This document shows, in pieces, positions 36,664 to 50,917 of a stretch of 55,163 nucleotides of DNA. The DNA is from an uncultured Rhizobium sp. (GTDB lineage: Bacteria > Pseudomonadota > Alphaproteobacteria > Rhizobiales > Rhizobiaceae): assembly GCA_945952245.1 (NCBI GenBank), contig CAMFHT010000001.1:1-55163 (forward strand), in the 5' to 3' direction. The number at the start of each line of letters is the position of its first letter. The first letter of the stretch is position 1. The translations under genes were made by a program, and so were the position numbers. Below the pieces are notes generated by a model. The model did not search any database and was not told where the DNA came from. It worked only from the letters and a program-made list of their open reading frames with translations.

Positions 36664-36680
36664 GTGCAATGTGAAAGCCG

Positions 36681-36708
36681 CTCCGCAGCCTATCACCGGG
36701 CTGCGGAG
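36681..36708 (+). terminator. Stem-loop just after ndvB
   Basis: CTCCGCAGCC-N8-GGCTGCGGAG; weak U tail. Confidence 0.5.
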
Positions 36709-36876
36709 TGATCTTCCTGCCGTGCGTGGGCAATCTGTGACGCGTGATGGCAGCAGTCTAGGGGTTGCTTTGCTATAGCCAAGGATGCCTGATCATCTTG
36801 CCTAGGCAGGCCAGGTTCGGCTGCAGCCGGCATCATCTTGTAAATTCAGTCTCATCTTCAAGCGAAACGCAGCCAA

Positions 36877-36914
36877 CAAAAAACCGCCCGCGGATCTCTT
36901 ATCCCCGGGCGGTT
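36877..36914 (-). terminator. Intrinsic terminator of ndvA
   Basis: AAAAAAACCGCCCG...CGGGCGGTTT; U-run on the minus strand. Confidence 0.75.
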
Positions 36915-36935
36915 TATCTGTTTCAAGATGCCCAA

Positions 36936-38693
36936 TCAGGCGGCCTCATGCGCCTTGCGCACTTCCTCATCCGTGAGGATGCCGCTTGCCCGGAGCAGGG
37001 CGGCAAAGCGCCCGTTGCTGTGGCTGAGCTCGTCGAAGCTTCCCATTTCCACGATCGCGCCGTGATCGAGGAAGATCACCAGATCGGCTTCGCGCACCGT
37101 CGAAAGACGATGAGCGATGATGAACGTGGTGCGGTCCCGGCGGAGATTGTCGATCGCCGTCTTGACGCGGGCTTCCGTTTCAACGTCGAGGGCAGAGGTC
37201 GCCTCGTCCAGCACCAGGATCGGCGCGTTCTTGAGGATGGCGCGCGCAATCGCGATGCGCTGGCGCTCACCGCCCGAGAGACGGTTGCCGCGTTCGCCGG
37301 CATGGGTGTCATAGCCGTTGAGGCGGCTCTCGATGAACTCCGCTGCCGCTGCGGCGTCGGCTGCAGCCTGCACCTCCGTCTCGCTCGCGTCATCCCGGCC
37401 CAGCCGGATGTTGTCGCGGATCGAGCGGTTGAGGAGACCCGCATCCTGGAACACGGTCGCGATCGAGGCGCGCAGCGAACGGCGGGGGACGGCGCTGATC
37501 GGCGTGTCATCCACCAGGATGCTGCCCTGCTGCGGCTCGTAGACGCGCTGGAGCAGGTTGATGAGCGTCGTCTTGCCGGCACCCGTCGGTCCAACGATGG
37601 CGACGGTCTGTCCGGCCTTCACCTTGAAGGACACGTCCTTCACGCCCTGCGTGGTACCCGCGAAGTCGAAGCTGACATTGCGGAATTCGACGTCACCCCG
37701 AACCTTGTCGAGCGTGCTGGCATTCGCCACTTCCTCGCGCTCCTTGACGGAGTCCTCGAGCTGGAAGAAGTCCTCGAGCTTGGAACGGGCTTCGAAGATC
37801 TGGGTGGCGAAGGCGCGCATCTGGTCGAGGCGGCCGACGAGAAGGCCTGCAAAACCGATGAAGGCGATGACGTCGCCGACCTTGATCTCGCCGCGCTGGA
37901 CGAGCACCGTGCCGATGACCAGAATGATCATCATCGAGATCGTCGAGGCCATGCGGTTCAGCGCGCTGGCCAGCGCCCACCAGTCGAGAACCGGAAGCTG
38001 CGCCTTGATCAGCTGGTTGGCGAATTCCTTCAGCGCGCGCGTTTCCGATTCGATGCGGTTGTAGCTGTGAATGACGGAGACGTTGGAGATCACGTCGCTG
38101 ACATGGGAGAAGACGGTATGGTAGTGCGCCTCGACGGAGGCCTGACCGTCCTTCGTGCGGCTCATCACGACGCGCCCGATGATCCAGTAGAGAATGCCGA
38201 GCACGACGAGCACGGCGGAGAGCCGATAATCCATCGAAATAGCCGTCGGGATGAGAAGCGTCAGCGCCACGGCAGTCGCGAGATGCGTGCGCATGAATTC
38301 CAGCCAGAGGCCGAACAGCGTCTCGCAGGCGCGCAGAAGGGTATGAAGCGCGTTCGACGTGCCGCGCTGGTTATGCCACGAAAGTGGCATGGAGATGATG
38401 CGGCCGAAGGCTTCCGTCAGCAAGGATGCACGACGCTCGTGCGCCAGCCGGTCCGCTTCTCGCGCGACGAGCACATAGGCAATGGTGTTGAACACGCCGA
38501 AGGCCGCCCAGGCGATCAGCATGGGGCTGACTGCCGTCTTCGACGACATGGCGTCGATGATCCGGCCGAACAGAATGGGTTCGGCAATGGTGATGACGGC
38601 AAGAATCACGTTGGCGACGACGACCATGGAGACCCGGAGCCGGTACGCCGAGAGATAGCTCAACGCTCTCGCATAAACCTGAAACAGCGACAC
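36936..38693 (-). CDS. ndvA: Cyclic beta-1,2-glucan export ABC transporter (NdvA/ChvA)
   Basis: TMD + NBD (GPTGAGKTT, LSGGERQR, LDEATSALD); characteristic N-terminus SLFQVYARALSYL; adjacent to ndvB; GTG start. Confidence 0.95.
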   Translation of the reverse strand: MSLFQVYARALSYLSAYRLRVSMVVVANVILAVITIAEPILFGRIIDAMSSKTAVSPMLIAWAAFGVFNTIAYVLVAREADRLAHERRASLLTEAFGRIISMPLSWHNQRGTSNALHTLLRACETLFGLWLEFMRTHLATAVALTLLIPTAISMDYRLSAVLVVLGILYWIIGRVVMSRTKDGQASVEAHYHTVFSHVSDVISNVSVIHSYNRIESETRALKEFANQLIKAQLPVLDWWALASALNRMASTISMMIILVIGTVLVQRGEIKVGDVIAFIGFAGLLVGRLDQMRAFATQIFEARSKLEDFFQLEDSVKEREEVANASTLDKVRGDVEFRNVSFDFAGTTQGVKDVSFKVKAGQTVAIVGPTGAGKTTLINLLQRVYEPQQGSILVDDTPISAVPRRSLRASIATVFQDAGLLNRSIRDNIRLGRDDASETEVQAAADAAAAAEFIESRLNGYDTHAGERGNRLSGGERQRIAIARAILKNAPILVLDEATSALDVETEARVKTAIDNLRRDRTTFIIAHRLSTVREADLVIFLDHGAIVEMGSFDELSHSNGRFAALLRASGILTDEEVRKAHEAA

Positions 38694-39031
38694 GCCCTAT
38701 CCTTCCGCTTTATGAGCAAGTGGCGGAAAAATACAGGACCCTAGCTGAACTCAGGATTAACGGCTTTTCGCAGTCGCGAGATGGAAAAATTTTTTACTTC
38801 ACGCTTCAAATTTTTCAACCGTTTCTCTTCCAATAACAATCAGAATGCGAGTAGAGATTCGGAAAAACCTTCTTTGGTAGGTGATAGCCAAAAAAAGGCG
38901 CTAGCCACGGCAGGAATTCGAATTTACATAGCCTGCTATTGAAGGGCCGCCTCGGACTGCAGAATGGGGAACTGCCGACGATCTCGCCGGGACTTTCCCA
39001 TCCTCGATCCGGACATGCAAATAGGTGAAGT

Positions 39032-39778
39032 GTGGCAGCGGTTCATTCCATTGTCGAAATGCTGGTGATGACCGAGGAGTGCAGAACTCCACACGAGGTC
39101 GTCGCAACCTTCGAAAAACTGCTGCGCGTCTACGGATTCCGCTATTATGCGATAGCACGCCACGCAAGGCCGGACAGCCATGGCCAGCTGGACTTCATGG
39201 CCAGCCGTGTTCCGGAAGGCTGGCTGCAAAACTACGCGGCTTGCCGCCATGCAACGGTCGATCCTGCATTGCGCTACCTGGCGCTGACTCATCTTCCCTT
39301 CCGGTGGCGCCAAGCCATGAAGGCCTTCAGCGACGACCCAAACCTGCGCCACATGGAGCGCATGATCGCCGATGCCGCCATGTTCGGACTGAAGGACGGA
39401 TACAGCTTCCCGATTCACGGTAAGGGTGGCCTTCTGAGCTTTGTCAGCCTGGGCGGCGATCCCGTCGACCTATCCCCGACGGAAGTTTCCCTGTTCCAGG
39501 CCGGCGCAAAGGCCGCCTACTGGAAGCTTCGCGCCTTCGACGAAGAAAAGGAGCATCCTGACAAGGTGGTCGAGCTCGCAAACCCCGTGCTCACGCGGCG
39601 GGAGCTCGATGTGCTCGTGCATCTGGCAGATGGCCTGACCTCGAACGAAATCAGCGAACTGATGTCGATCTCGCGGCATACAGTCGACTGGTACATGACC
39701 GCGATCCAGTCGAAGCTCGGTGCACGCAATCGCCAGCATGCCGTCGCGATCGCCCTCCGCAACGCTCTGATTCCCTAG
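39032..39778 (+). CDS. expR: LuxR-family autoinducer-binding regulator, ExpR/AviR-like (no adjacent luxI)
   Basis: AHL-pocket residues W, Y, DP, W, G; HTH with HTVDWYM. Lies between ndvA and pyc, as expR does in Sinorhizobium. Confidence 0.8.
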   Translation: MAAVHSIVEMLVMTEECRTPHEVVATFEKLLRVYGFRYYAIARHARPDSHGQLDFMASRVPEGWLQNYAACRHATVDPALRYLALTHLPFRWRQAMKAFSDDPNLRHMERMIADAAMFGLKDGYSFPIHGKGGLLSFVSLGGDPVDLSPTEVSLFQAGAKAAYWKLRAFDEEKEHPDKVVELANPVLTRRELDVLVHLADGLTSNEISELMSISRHTVDWYMTAIQSKLGARNRQHAVAIALRNALIP

Positions 39779-39796
39779 GCCCGCCCGGGCGGGCCT
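39777..39796. terminator. GC-rich palindrome at the expR stop
   Basis: AGGCCCGCCC-GGGCGGGCCT perfect 20-bp palindrome. Confidence 0.45.
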
Positions 39797-40128
39797 TCAT
39801 GGCGGGTCGTAAAACCGCCTGCTCGGAAACTTTTTGGGCCGTCGATAAAAAACTGTCAAAAGCCATGATTTTTTGCAACTGCGCTGATTTTTGACGATTC
39901 TCTCGCATGTGCGAACGAAAACACGCCGTAATGTTGCGACTCGGACCTGTGGGCGGGACGGCAGATGCCATTTCCTAGCGTTTTTCCCCTCGCTGCATTT
40001 CTCCGAAAGTCGTATTTGCGATGCCGCCGGTCGACCGGGGAAATTGACTTGAGATGACAAGTGGCTAAGGAAGATGCGCTCGGGCTTTCTGCTCAGCGCC
40101 CCGTGCCTGACGTTTTGAGGAGATCGTC

Positions 40129-43590
<3,462 letters not shown>

Positions 43591-43639
43591 CAACGGCGTT
43601 CAGAGGGAGGCCGGCGCGGCGAAAGCCTGCGCCGTAGAC

Positions 43640-43674
43640 AAAGGCCGGGAAACCCCAGGGTTTTCCGGCCTTTT
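43640..43674 (+). terminator. Intrinsic terminator after pyc
   Basis: AAAGGCCGGGAAACC...GGTTTTCCGGCCTTTT. Confidence 0.8.
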
Positions 43675-43796
43675 CCGTTCCGGAGACGTGTTGGTGTAAC
43701 CGGCTGTTACAAAACGTGGCTACGACCACGCGCGGCAGAGGTTGTGAATCGAAACGTTTTAAATATGCTCCGCCGCGATTCACTGGAGCCAGTATC

Positions 43797-44975
43797 GTGA
43801 CAGCAGAGACGCAAAAGACAAGTTTGCCCATCGTGACGCGGGAGCGCGTGGCCGTGTCCCTGCTCTTCCTGATGAACGGTTTCATGGTGGGTGCCTGGGC
43901 TCCGAAGATCCCGGAATTTGCCGAACGCCTGCAGCTGTCGAAGAGCCAGCTCGGTCTGATGATCCTCCTGCTCGGCGTTGGCTCGCTGACGTTGATGCCG
44001 ATCGCGGGCATGCTCATGGCCCGCTTGGGGTCGCGCCGCGTGGTACGGGTCATGTCCGTCCTGCTCCTGCCGGCGCTGCTGTTCCTGACCTATGCCGACA
44101 GCGTCTGGCTCGCCGCCCCCGCCATGTTCTGGTTCGGCGGCTTCATGGGAGCGATGGACGTGGCCATGAACACCAATGCGGTGGCGGTCGAGAAGACAAT
44201 GGGCCGTGCCATCATGTCCTCCTGCCATGCCTTCTGGAGCGTCGGCGGCGTTATCGGTTCCGCAACCGGAGGCGTCATGATCGCGCATTTTGGCACTGGC
44301 CCGCATGCGATCGCCGCCACTCTCTTTGCCGCAATCCTGCTCGTCACTGCATGGCCCCATACGCTCTACGATCCGCCGCACGGAGCCGAGCCCGGGGCGA
44401 AGAAGGGCATACCCATGCAATTGCTGCCCTGGCTCTTCGGCATCATGGCGCTGTTCAGCATGGTGCCGGAAGGGGCCGTGCTGGATTGGGGTGCGCTCTA
44501 TGTCCGGCAGGAACTCGGTGCCGATCTCGCTCTCTCGGGGCTGGCCTTTGCGGCCTTCTCCGGCACCATGGCGACCGTCCGCTTTCTGGGCGACCTTGTC
44601 CGCGATCGCCTTGGGGCGGTGAAGACGCTGCGCGCCTCGGGTGTGTTCGCAATCATCGGCATGATTCTCGCGGGTCTCGCGCCGGATGCCTGGGTCGCGA
44701 TCGCCGGCTTTGCTATCTGCGGTCTCGGAATTGCCAACATGGTGCCGATCGCATTTTCCGCAGCAGGAAATATTCCCGGCATGGCGCCAGGAACCGGCAT
44801 GTCGGTGGCGACATTCATGGGCTATTCCGGTCTTCTGGCGGCACCCTCGCTGATCGGCTTTACCGCCGAGCATACCGGTTTTGCGCCGATCTTCCTGTTC
44901 CTGCCGGTTCTTTTCATCACCGTCCTTCTGCTCTCGCCGCTCGCGCGCTATGCGGACAACATTCGTAAAGACTGA
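43797..44975 (+). CDS. MFS transporter (YbjJ-like)
   Basis: About 12 hydrophobic segments, WAPKIP, MDVAMN, HAFWSVG, EGAVLDW. GTG start after GGAG. Confidence 0.88.
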   Translation: MTAETQKTSLPIVTRERVAVSLLFLMNGFMVGAWAPKIPEFAERLQLSKSQLGLMILLLGVGSLTLMPIAGMLMARLGSRRVVRVMSVLLLPALLFLTYADSVWLAAPAMFWFGGFMGAMDVAMNTNAVAVEKTMGRAIMSSCHAFWSVGGVIGSATGGVMIAHFGTGPHAIAATLFAAILLVTAWPHTLYDPPHGAEPGAKKGIPMQLLPWLFGIMALFSMVPEGAVLDWGALYVRQELGADLALSGLAFAAFSGTMATVRFLGDLVRDRLGAVKTLRASGVFAIIGMILAGLAPDAWVAIAGFAICGLGIANMVPIAFSAAGNIPGMAPGTGMSVATFMGYSGLLAAPSLIGFTAEHTGFAPIFLFLPVLFITVLLLSPLARYADNIRKD

Positions 44976-47252
44976 TCAGACGAAGCTCAGCGTCTTCCCG
45001 AGCGGAAGTTCGCGCATGCGTTGACCCGTCAGGGCGAAGACGGCGTTCATCAATGCAGGCATGGATGGCGGGGTGCCCGGCTCGCCCGCGCCGCCCATGA
45101 AGGGCGATTGCTGCAGGATCTCGACCGTAATCGCCGGCGCCTGGTTCATGCGGAGCGGCGCGAAGTCGCTGAAGTTCTGCTGCTCCACCATGCCATCGGC
45201 AAACGTGACCTCCTGACTGATTGCGGCGGAGAGACCAAAGATGATGCCGGACATCATCTGTGCCTCGAAGATGCCGGGATCGAGCACCACCCCTGGATCG
45301 GCAGCGCACCAGACCTGTTCGACCTTGATGCCATCAGCTGTCTCGGCAATCTCCACCACCTCCGCCACGTGGGTGCCGAAGGAAAGCGTGTAGGCAAGCC
45401 CGCGGGCACGGCCCTCCGGCAAGGGCTTCGTCCAGTCCGCCATGCTGGCCACCTTTTCCAGTACGCCGAGGGCTGCGGGGCTGTCTTTCAGCAGGCGGCG
45501 GCGCAGCTCGAGCGGGTCGATCCCGCCCTTTGCCGCGACTTCGTCCAGGAAGCATTCCTGCATCACCGCATTGATCGAATAGCCGACCGAGCGCCACGAG
45601 CCCACGGGAACCGGCAATGGCACCTTGCGCGCATCGATCCGGTGGTTCGGGATCGCATAGGGCTGGTTATATGCGCCGTCGAGCATGGTGTTGTCGGGTC
45701 CGGCGATGGGCAGAAGCGGTGCAATCCGGCCGACCATGTCCGTGATGACAGACTGGCTGGCAATCGAGCCGGTGATTGCGAGCGGCATGCCGTCCGCGCC
45801 GATGGCAGCGCGATAGCGACCGATCGCGGCAGGCCTGTAGAAGCCATGCGTCATGTCCTCCTCGCGGCTCCAGGTTACCTTGACCGGCCGTCCATCGGCC
45901 TCCATGGCGAGCCTGATGGCGTAATCGCAGTAATCCGCTTCCAGACGCCGCCCGAAGCCGCCACCGAGGCTGGTGGTGTTGATCTCGATCTTGTCTGCCT
46001 GCACGCCGGAAATGCGTTCGGCGATCATCTTGACCACGCCCGGCGCCTGCGTCGGAGCCCAGATGGTCAGCCGACCGTTCTTGAACAGCGCCGTGGCATT
46101 CATCGGCTCCATGGTGGCATGGGCAAGGTGCGGAAGCCTGTAGCTCGCCTCGATCTGGCGCTCCGCCGGCGTCTCCGCCAGCGCCCTCTCCGGATCGCCG
46201 AGGGTGCGCAGATGAAATGGGCTCGCGGTATCAAACGCCGCGTCGAGTGCTGCGAAGATCGATTGTGTCGAGACGGGCTCTGCCGGCTTCTCCCATTCCA
46301 CAGTCACCGCATCTGCAGCCTGCATAGCCCGCCATGTATTGTCGGCTATGACTCCAAACCCATTCCCGAACGGGCTTTCGATCCGCACGACCTTGCTGAC
46401 GCCGCGCATCTTCAGGGCCGCCGCGCCATCTAACGCCTTCAAGGCCCCGCCCGGATAGGGCGACATGCGGATCGTTGCATGCAGCATGTCAGGCAGGTCC
46501 ACGTCGATGCCGTAGATCGGCGCACCGGTGACCTTGGCAGCCATGTCAACCCGCTTCTGCGGCTGCCCGAGAAGACGCCATTCGGATCTTTGCCGCAGCG
46601 GCGGCAAGGCGGAAAGCTCGATCTTCGCAGCGTCGAGCGCAAGCTCGCCATAGGTGAGGGTCTTGCCCGTGGCCGCGTGCCGGACGCTGCCGCGCTCCGT
46701 GGTCAGTTCGGATACAGAAACGCCGAGACGATTTGCTGCCGCCTGTTTCAGCATCTCCCGCGCCATGGCGCCGGCCTGCCGCATGGGGTCGAAGCCATCG
46801 ATGGTGGAGGAGGAGCCGCCGGTGAACTGCAGGCCGAGGAACTTCGCTATGACGCCCATCGCACCCCGCACGCCCTCTGCAGTGAAGCCTTCATCGAAGC
46901 GAGGAACCGGCGCACCTTCCGAGATCGCTGCCCGATTGTAATAGGCTGCAGCAGCCGGCCCATGTTCCACTTGGATCTGGTCGAGGCCGACGTCGAGTTC
47001 CTCGGCCACGAGAGCAGCGAGCGTGGTCGAGACGCCCTGGCCCATTTCTGCCCTGGGAACGATGACTGTGATGTGGTTGTCGGTCGCGATCTTGATATAG
47101 GCGTTGAAGCTCGCCTCGTTCTCCGCGAGCCCCTTCGTCAGGGGATTTGCGAAGGGCTGGCCGTATTTCCAGTAGCCGAAGGCCGCACCTCCTGCCAGGG
47201 CGGCAGTGCCGAAGAGAAAGGTGCGGCGGGCGATCTTGCCGAGACTTGCCAT
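44976..47252 (-). CDS. Xanthine dehydrogenase family molybdopterin-binding subunit (IorB-like)
   Basis: RRTFL leader, EMGQG, TGGSSS, HATMEPMN, GGGFGRR, WRSVG, GAGEP. Confidence 0.9.
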   Translation of the reverse strand: MASLGKIARRTFLFGTAALAGGAAFGYWKYGQPFANPLTKGLAENEASFNAYIKIATDNHITVIVPRAEMGQGVSTTLAALVAEELDVGLDQIQVEHGPAAAAYYNRAAISEGAPVPRFDEGFTAEGVRGAMGVIAKFLGLQFTGGSSSTIDGFDPMRQAGAMAREMLKQAAANRLGVSVSELTTERGSVRHAATGKTLTYGELALDAAKIELSALPPLRQRSEWRLLGQPQKRVDMAAKVTGAPIYGIDVDLPDMLHATIRMSPYPGGALKALDGAAALKMRGVSKVVRIESPFGNGFGVIADNTWRAMQAADAVTVEWEKPAEPVSTQSIFAALDAAFDTASPFHLRTLGDPERALAETPAERQIEASYRLPHLAHATMEPMNATALFKNGRLTIWAPTQAPGVVKMIAERISGVQADKIEINTTSLGGGFGRRLEADYCDYAIRLAMEADGRPVKVTWSREEDMTHGFYRPAAIGRYRAAIGADGMPLAITGSIASQSVITDMVGRIAPLLPIAGPDNTMLDGAYNQPYAIPNHRIDARKVPLPVPVGSWRSVGYSINAVMQECFLDEVAAKGGIDPLELRRRLLKDSPAALGVLEKVASMADWTKPLPEGRARGLAYTLSFGTHVAEVVEIAETADGIKVEQVWCAADPGVVLDPGIFEAQMMSGIIFGLSAAISQEVTFADGMVEQQNFSDFAPLRMNQAPAITVEILQQSPFMGGAGEPGTPPSMPALMNAVFALTGQRMRELPLGKTLSFV

Positions 47253-47255
47253 GGC

Positions 47256-47717
47256 TCAGGCTCCCGTTCTCATGAGGGCCGCCGCGCGGTGGATCGCCGC
47301 GCGGATGCGCGGATAGGTGCCGCAGCGGCAGAGATTGCCGCTCATCGCCTCGTCGATGTCCTGATCGGTAGGCGAGGGGTTGTGCTCGAGCAGGGCGACC
47401 GCAGTCATGATCTGGCCCGCCTGGCAATAGCCGCACTGGGCAACCTGTTCCTCGATCCAGGCCTGCTGCACGGGATGATAGGTGCCACCTGCCGCAAGGC
47501 CGTCGATCGTGCGGACGTTGTCGGTCACATCGGTCAGCGCGGTCTGGCAGGATCGGACCGCCTCATTGCCGATGATCACCGTGCAGGCGCCGCAGAGCCC
47601 TGCACCACAGCCGTATTTCGGGTCCTTTACATGAAGCTCGTCCCTGAGCACCCAGAGTAGCGGCATGTCCGGCTCGACATCGAGCTCATGCTCCTTGGCA
47701 TTCACGGTCAGTTTCAT
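47256..47717 (-). CDS. (2Fe-2S)-binding subunit (IorA-like)
   Basis: [27 protein letters not shown]. Confidence 0.93.
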   Translation of the reverse strand: MKLTVNAKEHELDVEPDMPLLWVLRDELHVKDPKYGCGAGLCGACTVIIGNEAVRSCQTALTDVTDNVRTIDGLAAGGTYHPVQQAWIEEQVAQCGYCQAGQIMTAVALLEHNPSPTDQDIDEAMSGNLCRCGTYPRIRAAIHRAAALMRTGA

Positions 47718-47894
47718 CCGCAATTCCTCCCGGAGTAACGACTTACTAATACGTCAACGACAATGGTATTTGCAAATGATCTGCGCGCTCATGCCGCCGT
47801 CCGGTCACGCCAAACTTCGACCGCAAAACTTGACAAGAACTCCCCCTTCCTCCACCTGAAGTCCACGTTTCCAAGAACAGCGCGCGAGAGCAAG

Positions 47895-49145
47895 ATGACC
47901 TCGACCAGCGAATATGATCCGAAGCCCCGCCGCGCCACCGTGGCGGTTGATGTGGGTGGCGTGATCGTCGGCGGCGGTGCCCCCGTCGTCGTCCAGTCCA
48001 TGACCAATACGGACACGGCAGATATCGACGCGACCGTGGCCCAGGTCGCGGCCCTGCATCGCGCGGGCTCCGAGATCGTCCGCATCACCGTCGACCGCGA
48101 CGAGAGCGCCGCCGCCGTGCCGCGCATCCGGGACCGGCTGCAGCGGCTGGGGCTCGACGTGCCGCTGGTCGGCGATTTCCACTATATCGGCCACAAGCTG
48201 CTGGCCGATCATCCCGACTGTGCCCAGGCGCTGGCGAAATATCGCATCAACCCGGGCAATGTCGGCTTCAAGGACAAGAAGGACAAGCAGTTCGCCGACA
48301 TCATCGAAATGGCGATCCGCTATGACAAGCCTGTCCGCATCGGCGTGAACTGGGGTTCGCTCGACCAGGACCTTCTGACGGCGCTGATGGACCGGAATGC
48401 TGCCGAAGGCTCGCCGCTCTCGGCCCGCCAGGTCATGCATGAGGCGATCGTGCAGTCGGCGCTGATATCGGCCAACCTCGCCGAGGACATCGGTCTGCCG
48501 CGCAACCGCATCATCCTTTCGGCCAAGGTCAGCCAGGTCCAGGACCTGATCGCCGTCTATTCCATGCTGGCCGAGCGCTCCAACCATGCGCTGCATCTGG
48601 GGCTGACCGAGGCCGGAATGGGGTCGAAGGGCATCGTCGCTTCCTCTGCCGCCATGGGCTATGTGCTGCAGCACGGCATCGGCGACACGATCCGCGTCTC
48701 GCTGACACCGGAGCCGAACGGCGACCGCACGCGCGAGGTGCAGGTGGCGCAGGAACTGCTCCAGGTCATGGGCTTTCGGCAGTTCGTACCTGTGGTCGCT
48801 GCCTGCCCGGGCTGCGGCCGGACCACTTCGACGGTCTTCCAGGAGCTTGCAAGCCGCATTCAGGACGACTTGCGCAAGAACATGCCGGTCTGGCGCGACA
48901 AGTATCCGGGCGTCGAGGCGCTGAACGTTGCCGTCATGGGCTGTATCGTCAATGGTCCGGGCGAGAGCAAACATGCCGATATCGGCATCTCGCTTCCGGG
49001 CACCGGCGAAAGCCCCGCGGCTCCCGTCTTCATCGACGGGCAGAAGGCGGCGACACTGCGCGGCCCGAACATTGCCGCCGACTTCGAGGCTATGGTGGCG
49101 GATTACATCGAGAAGCGCTTCGGCCGGCGCAGTGCAGCGGAATGA
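47895..49145 (+). CDS. ispG: (E)-4-hydroxy-3-methylbut-2-enyl-diphosphate synthase
   Basis: [46 protein letters not shown]. Confidence 0.97.
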   Translation: MTSTSEYDPKPRRATVAVDVGGVIVGGGAPVVVQSMTNTDTADIDATVAQVAALHRAGSEIVRITVDRDESAAAVPRIRDRLQRLGLDVPLVGDFHYIGHKLLADHPDCAQALAKYRINPGNVGFKDKKDKQFADIIEMAIRYDKPVRIGVNWGSLDQDLLTALMDRNAAEGSPLSARQVMHEAIVQSALISANLAEDIGLPRNRIILSAKVSQVQDLIAVYSMLAERSNHALHLGLTEAGMGSKGIVASSAAMGYVLQHGIGDTIRVSLTPEPNGDRTREVQVAQELLQVMGFRQFVPVVAACPGCGRTTSTVFQELASRIQDDLRKNMPVWRDKYPGVEALNVAVMGCIVNGPGESKHADIGISLPGTGESPAAPVFIDGQKAATLRGPNIAADFEAMVADYIEKRFGRRSAAE

Positions 49146-49149
49146 AGCG

Positions 49150-50244
49150 ATGAGCAAGTACTGGTCTCCGATCGTCAGCCAGCTGAAGCCCTATGTGGCC
49201 GGCGAACAGCCGAAGCTGCAGAATCTCATCAAGCTCAACACCAATGAAAACCCCTATGGTCCCTCGCCGAAGGCGCTTGCCGCGATCCGCGAGGCGGCCG
49301 ACGATCGTTTGCGGCTCTATCCGGACCCGGCCTCGACGGCGCTCAGGGAGAGCATCGGGCGGCTGCACGGCGTGCCGGCCGAAGACGTCTTCGTCGGCAA
49401 CGGGTCGGACGAGGTGCTCGCGCATGTCTTCAACGCGCTTCTGAAGCACGACCTGCCGCTTCTCTATCCGGACATTTCCTACAGCTTCTACCCGACCTAT
49501 AGCCGCCTCTATGGCATCGAGGCCGTGGAAGTGCCGCTGCGAGAGGATTTCAGGATCGACTTTGGGGGTTATGACCGGCCCTGCGGCGCGATCATCTTTC
49601 CCAATCCCAATGCACCCACCGGCATAGCGGTCGCTCTCTCCCGGATCGAGGCGCTTGCGAAGGCAAAGCCGGACGCGGTCATCGTGGTCGATGAAGCCTA
49701 TGTGGATTTCGGGGCGGAAAGCGCCATTCCGCTGACCCGGACCTATCCGAACATCCTCGTCGTGCACACGCTGTCGAAGTCGCGCTCGCTCGCGGGTCTG
49801 AGAGTTGGCTTCGCGATCGGGCAGCGTCCACTGATCGACGCACTGGAGCGGGTGAAGGACAGCTTCAATTCCTATCCCATCGACCGCCTCGCCGAAGCCG
49901 GTGCAACGGCTGCCATCGATGATGTCGAATGGTTTGAAGCGTGCCGCCAGAAAGTCATCCGGAGCCGCGATGCGCTGACCGGAAAGCTGGAGCGCCTGGG
50001 CTTCGAGGTTCTGCCGTCCGCCGCCAACTTCGTCTTTGCCCGTCATCCGGACCGGGACGGCGCCTGGCTGCAGCAGGAACTGCGGGCCCGGTCCGTCATC
50101 GTCCGCCACTTCGCCAAGCCGCGGATCGGCCAGTACCTGCGCATTTCGATCGGCACGGATGCGGAATGTGATGCGCTGGTCGAGGCGCTGACGGAGATCC
50201 TGGCGCTCAACGGCGGAGCTAGAGAACGCCTAGCAGGAGAGTGA
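49150..50244 (+). CDS. hisC: Histidinol-phosphate aminotransferase
   Basis: [44 protein letters not shown]. Confidence 0.88.
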   Translation: MSKYWSPIVSQLKPYVAGEQPKLQNLIKLNTNENPYGPSPKALAAIREAADDRLRLYPDPASTALRESIGRLHGVPAEDVFVGNGSDEVLAHVFNALLKHDLPLLYPDISYSFYPTYSRLYGIEAVEVPLREDFRIDFGGYDRPCGAIIFPNPNAPTGIAVALSRIEALAKAKPDAVIVVDEAYVDFGAESAIPLTRTYPNILVVHTLSKSRSLAGLRVGFAIGQRPLIDALERVKDSFNSYPIDRLAEAGATAAIDDVEWFEACRQKVIRSRDALTGKLERLGFEVLPSAANFVFARHPDRDGAWLQQELRARSVIVRHFAKPRIGQYLRISIGTDAECDALVEALTEILALNGGARERLAGE

Positions 50245-50854
50245 TGCCCGCATAGCCGAAGAGCAGCGCCATGACCGTCTCGATCGGGCGGGAGAGGCGC
50301 TGGTAGGCGTTGAGCACGCTCGGCATGGAGAAGAGCAGGGCATAGCTCAGGAACACGATGGAACCGATCAGCAGGCATCCGCCGACAAAGGTCAGCGCAT
50401 GGCGAGGCCCCGCATCCGCCGGCAAGGCAAGTGACGCCAGCATGATCCAGGCCATGACCGCCTTGGGATTGGTGAGGTGCACGCCGTAGCCTCTGAGATA
50501 ATGGCGCAGGGACCTCTCTTCCGACACCTTTCTTGTTGCGTGGGTCTTGCTTTCGCGCATGGCTCTCCTGGCCGCATTGAAGGCGAGCCAGAGCAGGTAG
50601 CTGCCGCCGATCGCCTTGATGACGGTAAGCGCCTGCGGATGGGCCTGAACCAGCGCCGCGACGCCCGCAAGGGTCAGGACGGCCCAGGTGATCGACCCCG
50701 AGAGGATGCCGAGCGCGAGGCAGATACCGGCTTTCCTGCCGGCCTGTGCCGAGGTGCCGATGATGGCCATCACGCCCGGACCCGGCGAGGCCGTCGCTAC
50801 GAAATAGGCGCTCCAGGCAAGCCCGAACTGGCTGATCAGGGGAATGTTCGGCAT
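50219..50854 (-). CDS. LysE/RhtB family amino acid exporter
   Basis: [24 protein letters not shown] 9 nt before ATG 50854. Confidence 0.9.
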   Translation of the reverse strand: MPNIPLISQFGLAWSAYFVATASPGPGVMAIIGTSAQAGRKAGICLALGILSGSITWAVLTLAGVAALVQAHPQALTVIKAIGGSYLLWLAFNAARRAMRESKTHATRKVSEERSLRHYLRGYGVHLTNPKAVMAWIMLASLALPADAGPRHALTFVGGCLLIGSIVFLSYALLFSMPSVLNAYQRLSRPIETVMALLFGYAGITLLLGVL

Positions 50855-50917
50855 ATGCGGCATCTCCTTGCGATGAGGCAAGGCTAGCCGGGCATGGGCT
50901 CTTCCAGAAGCTGCCAA

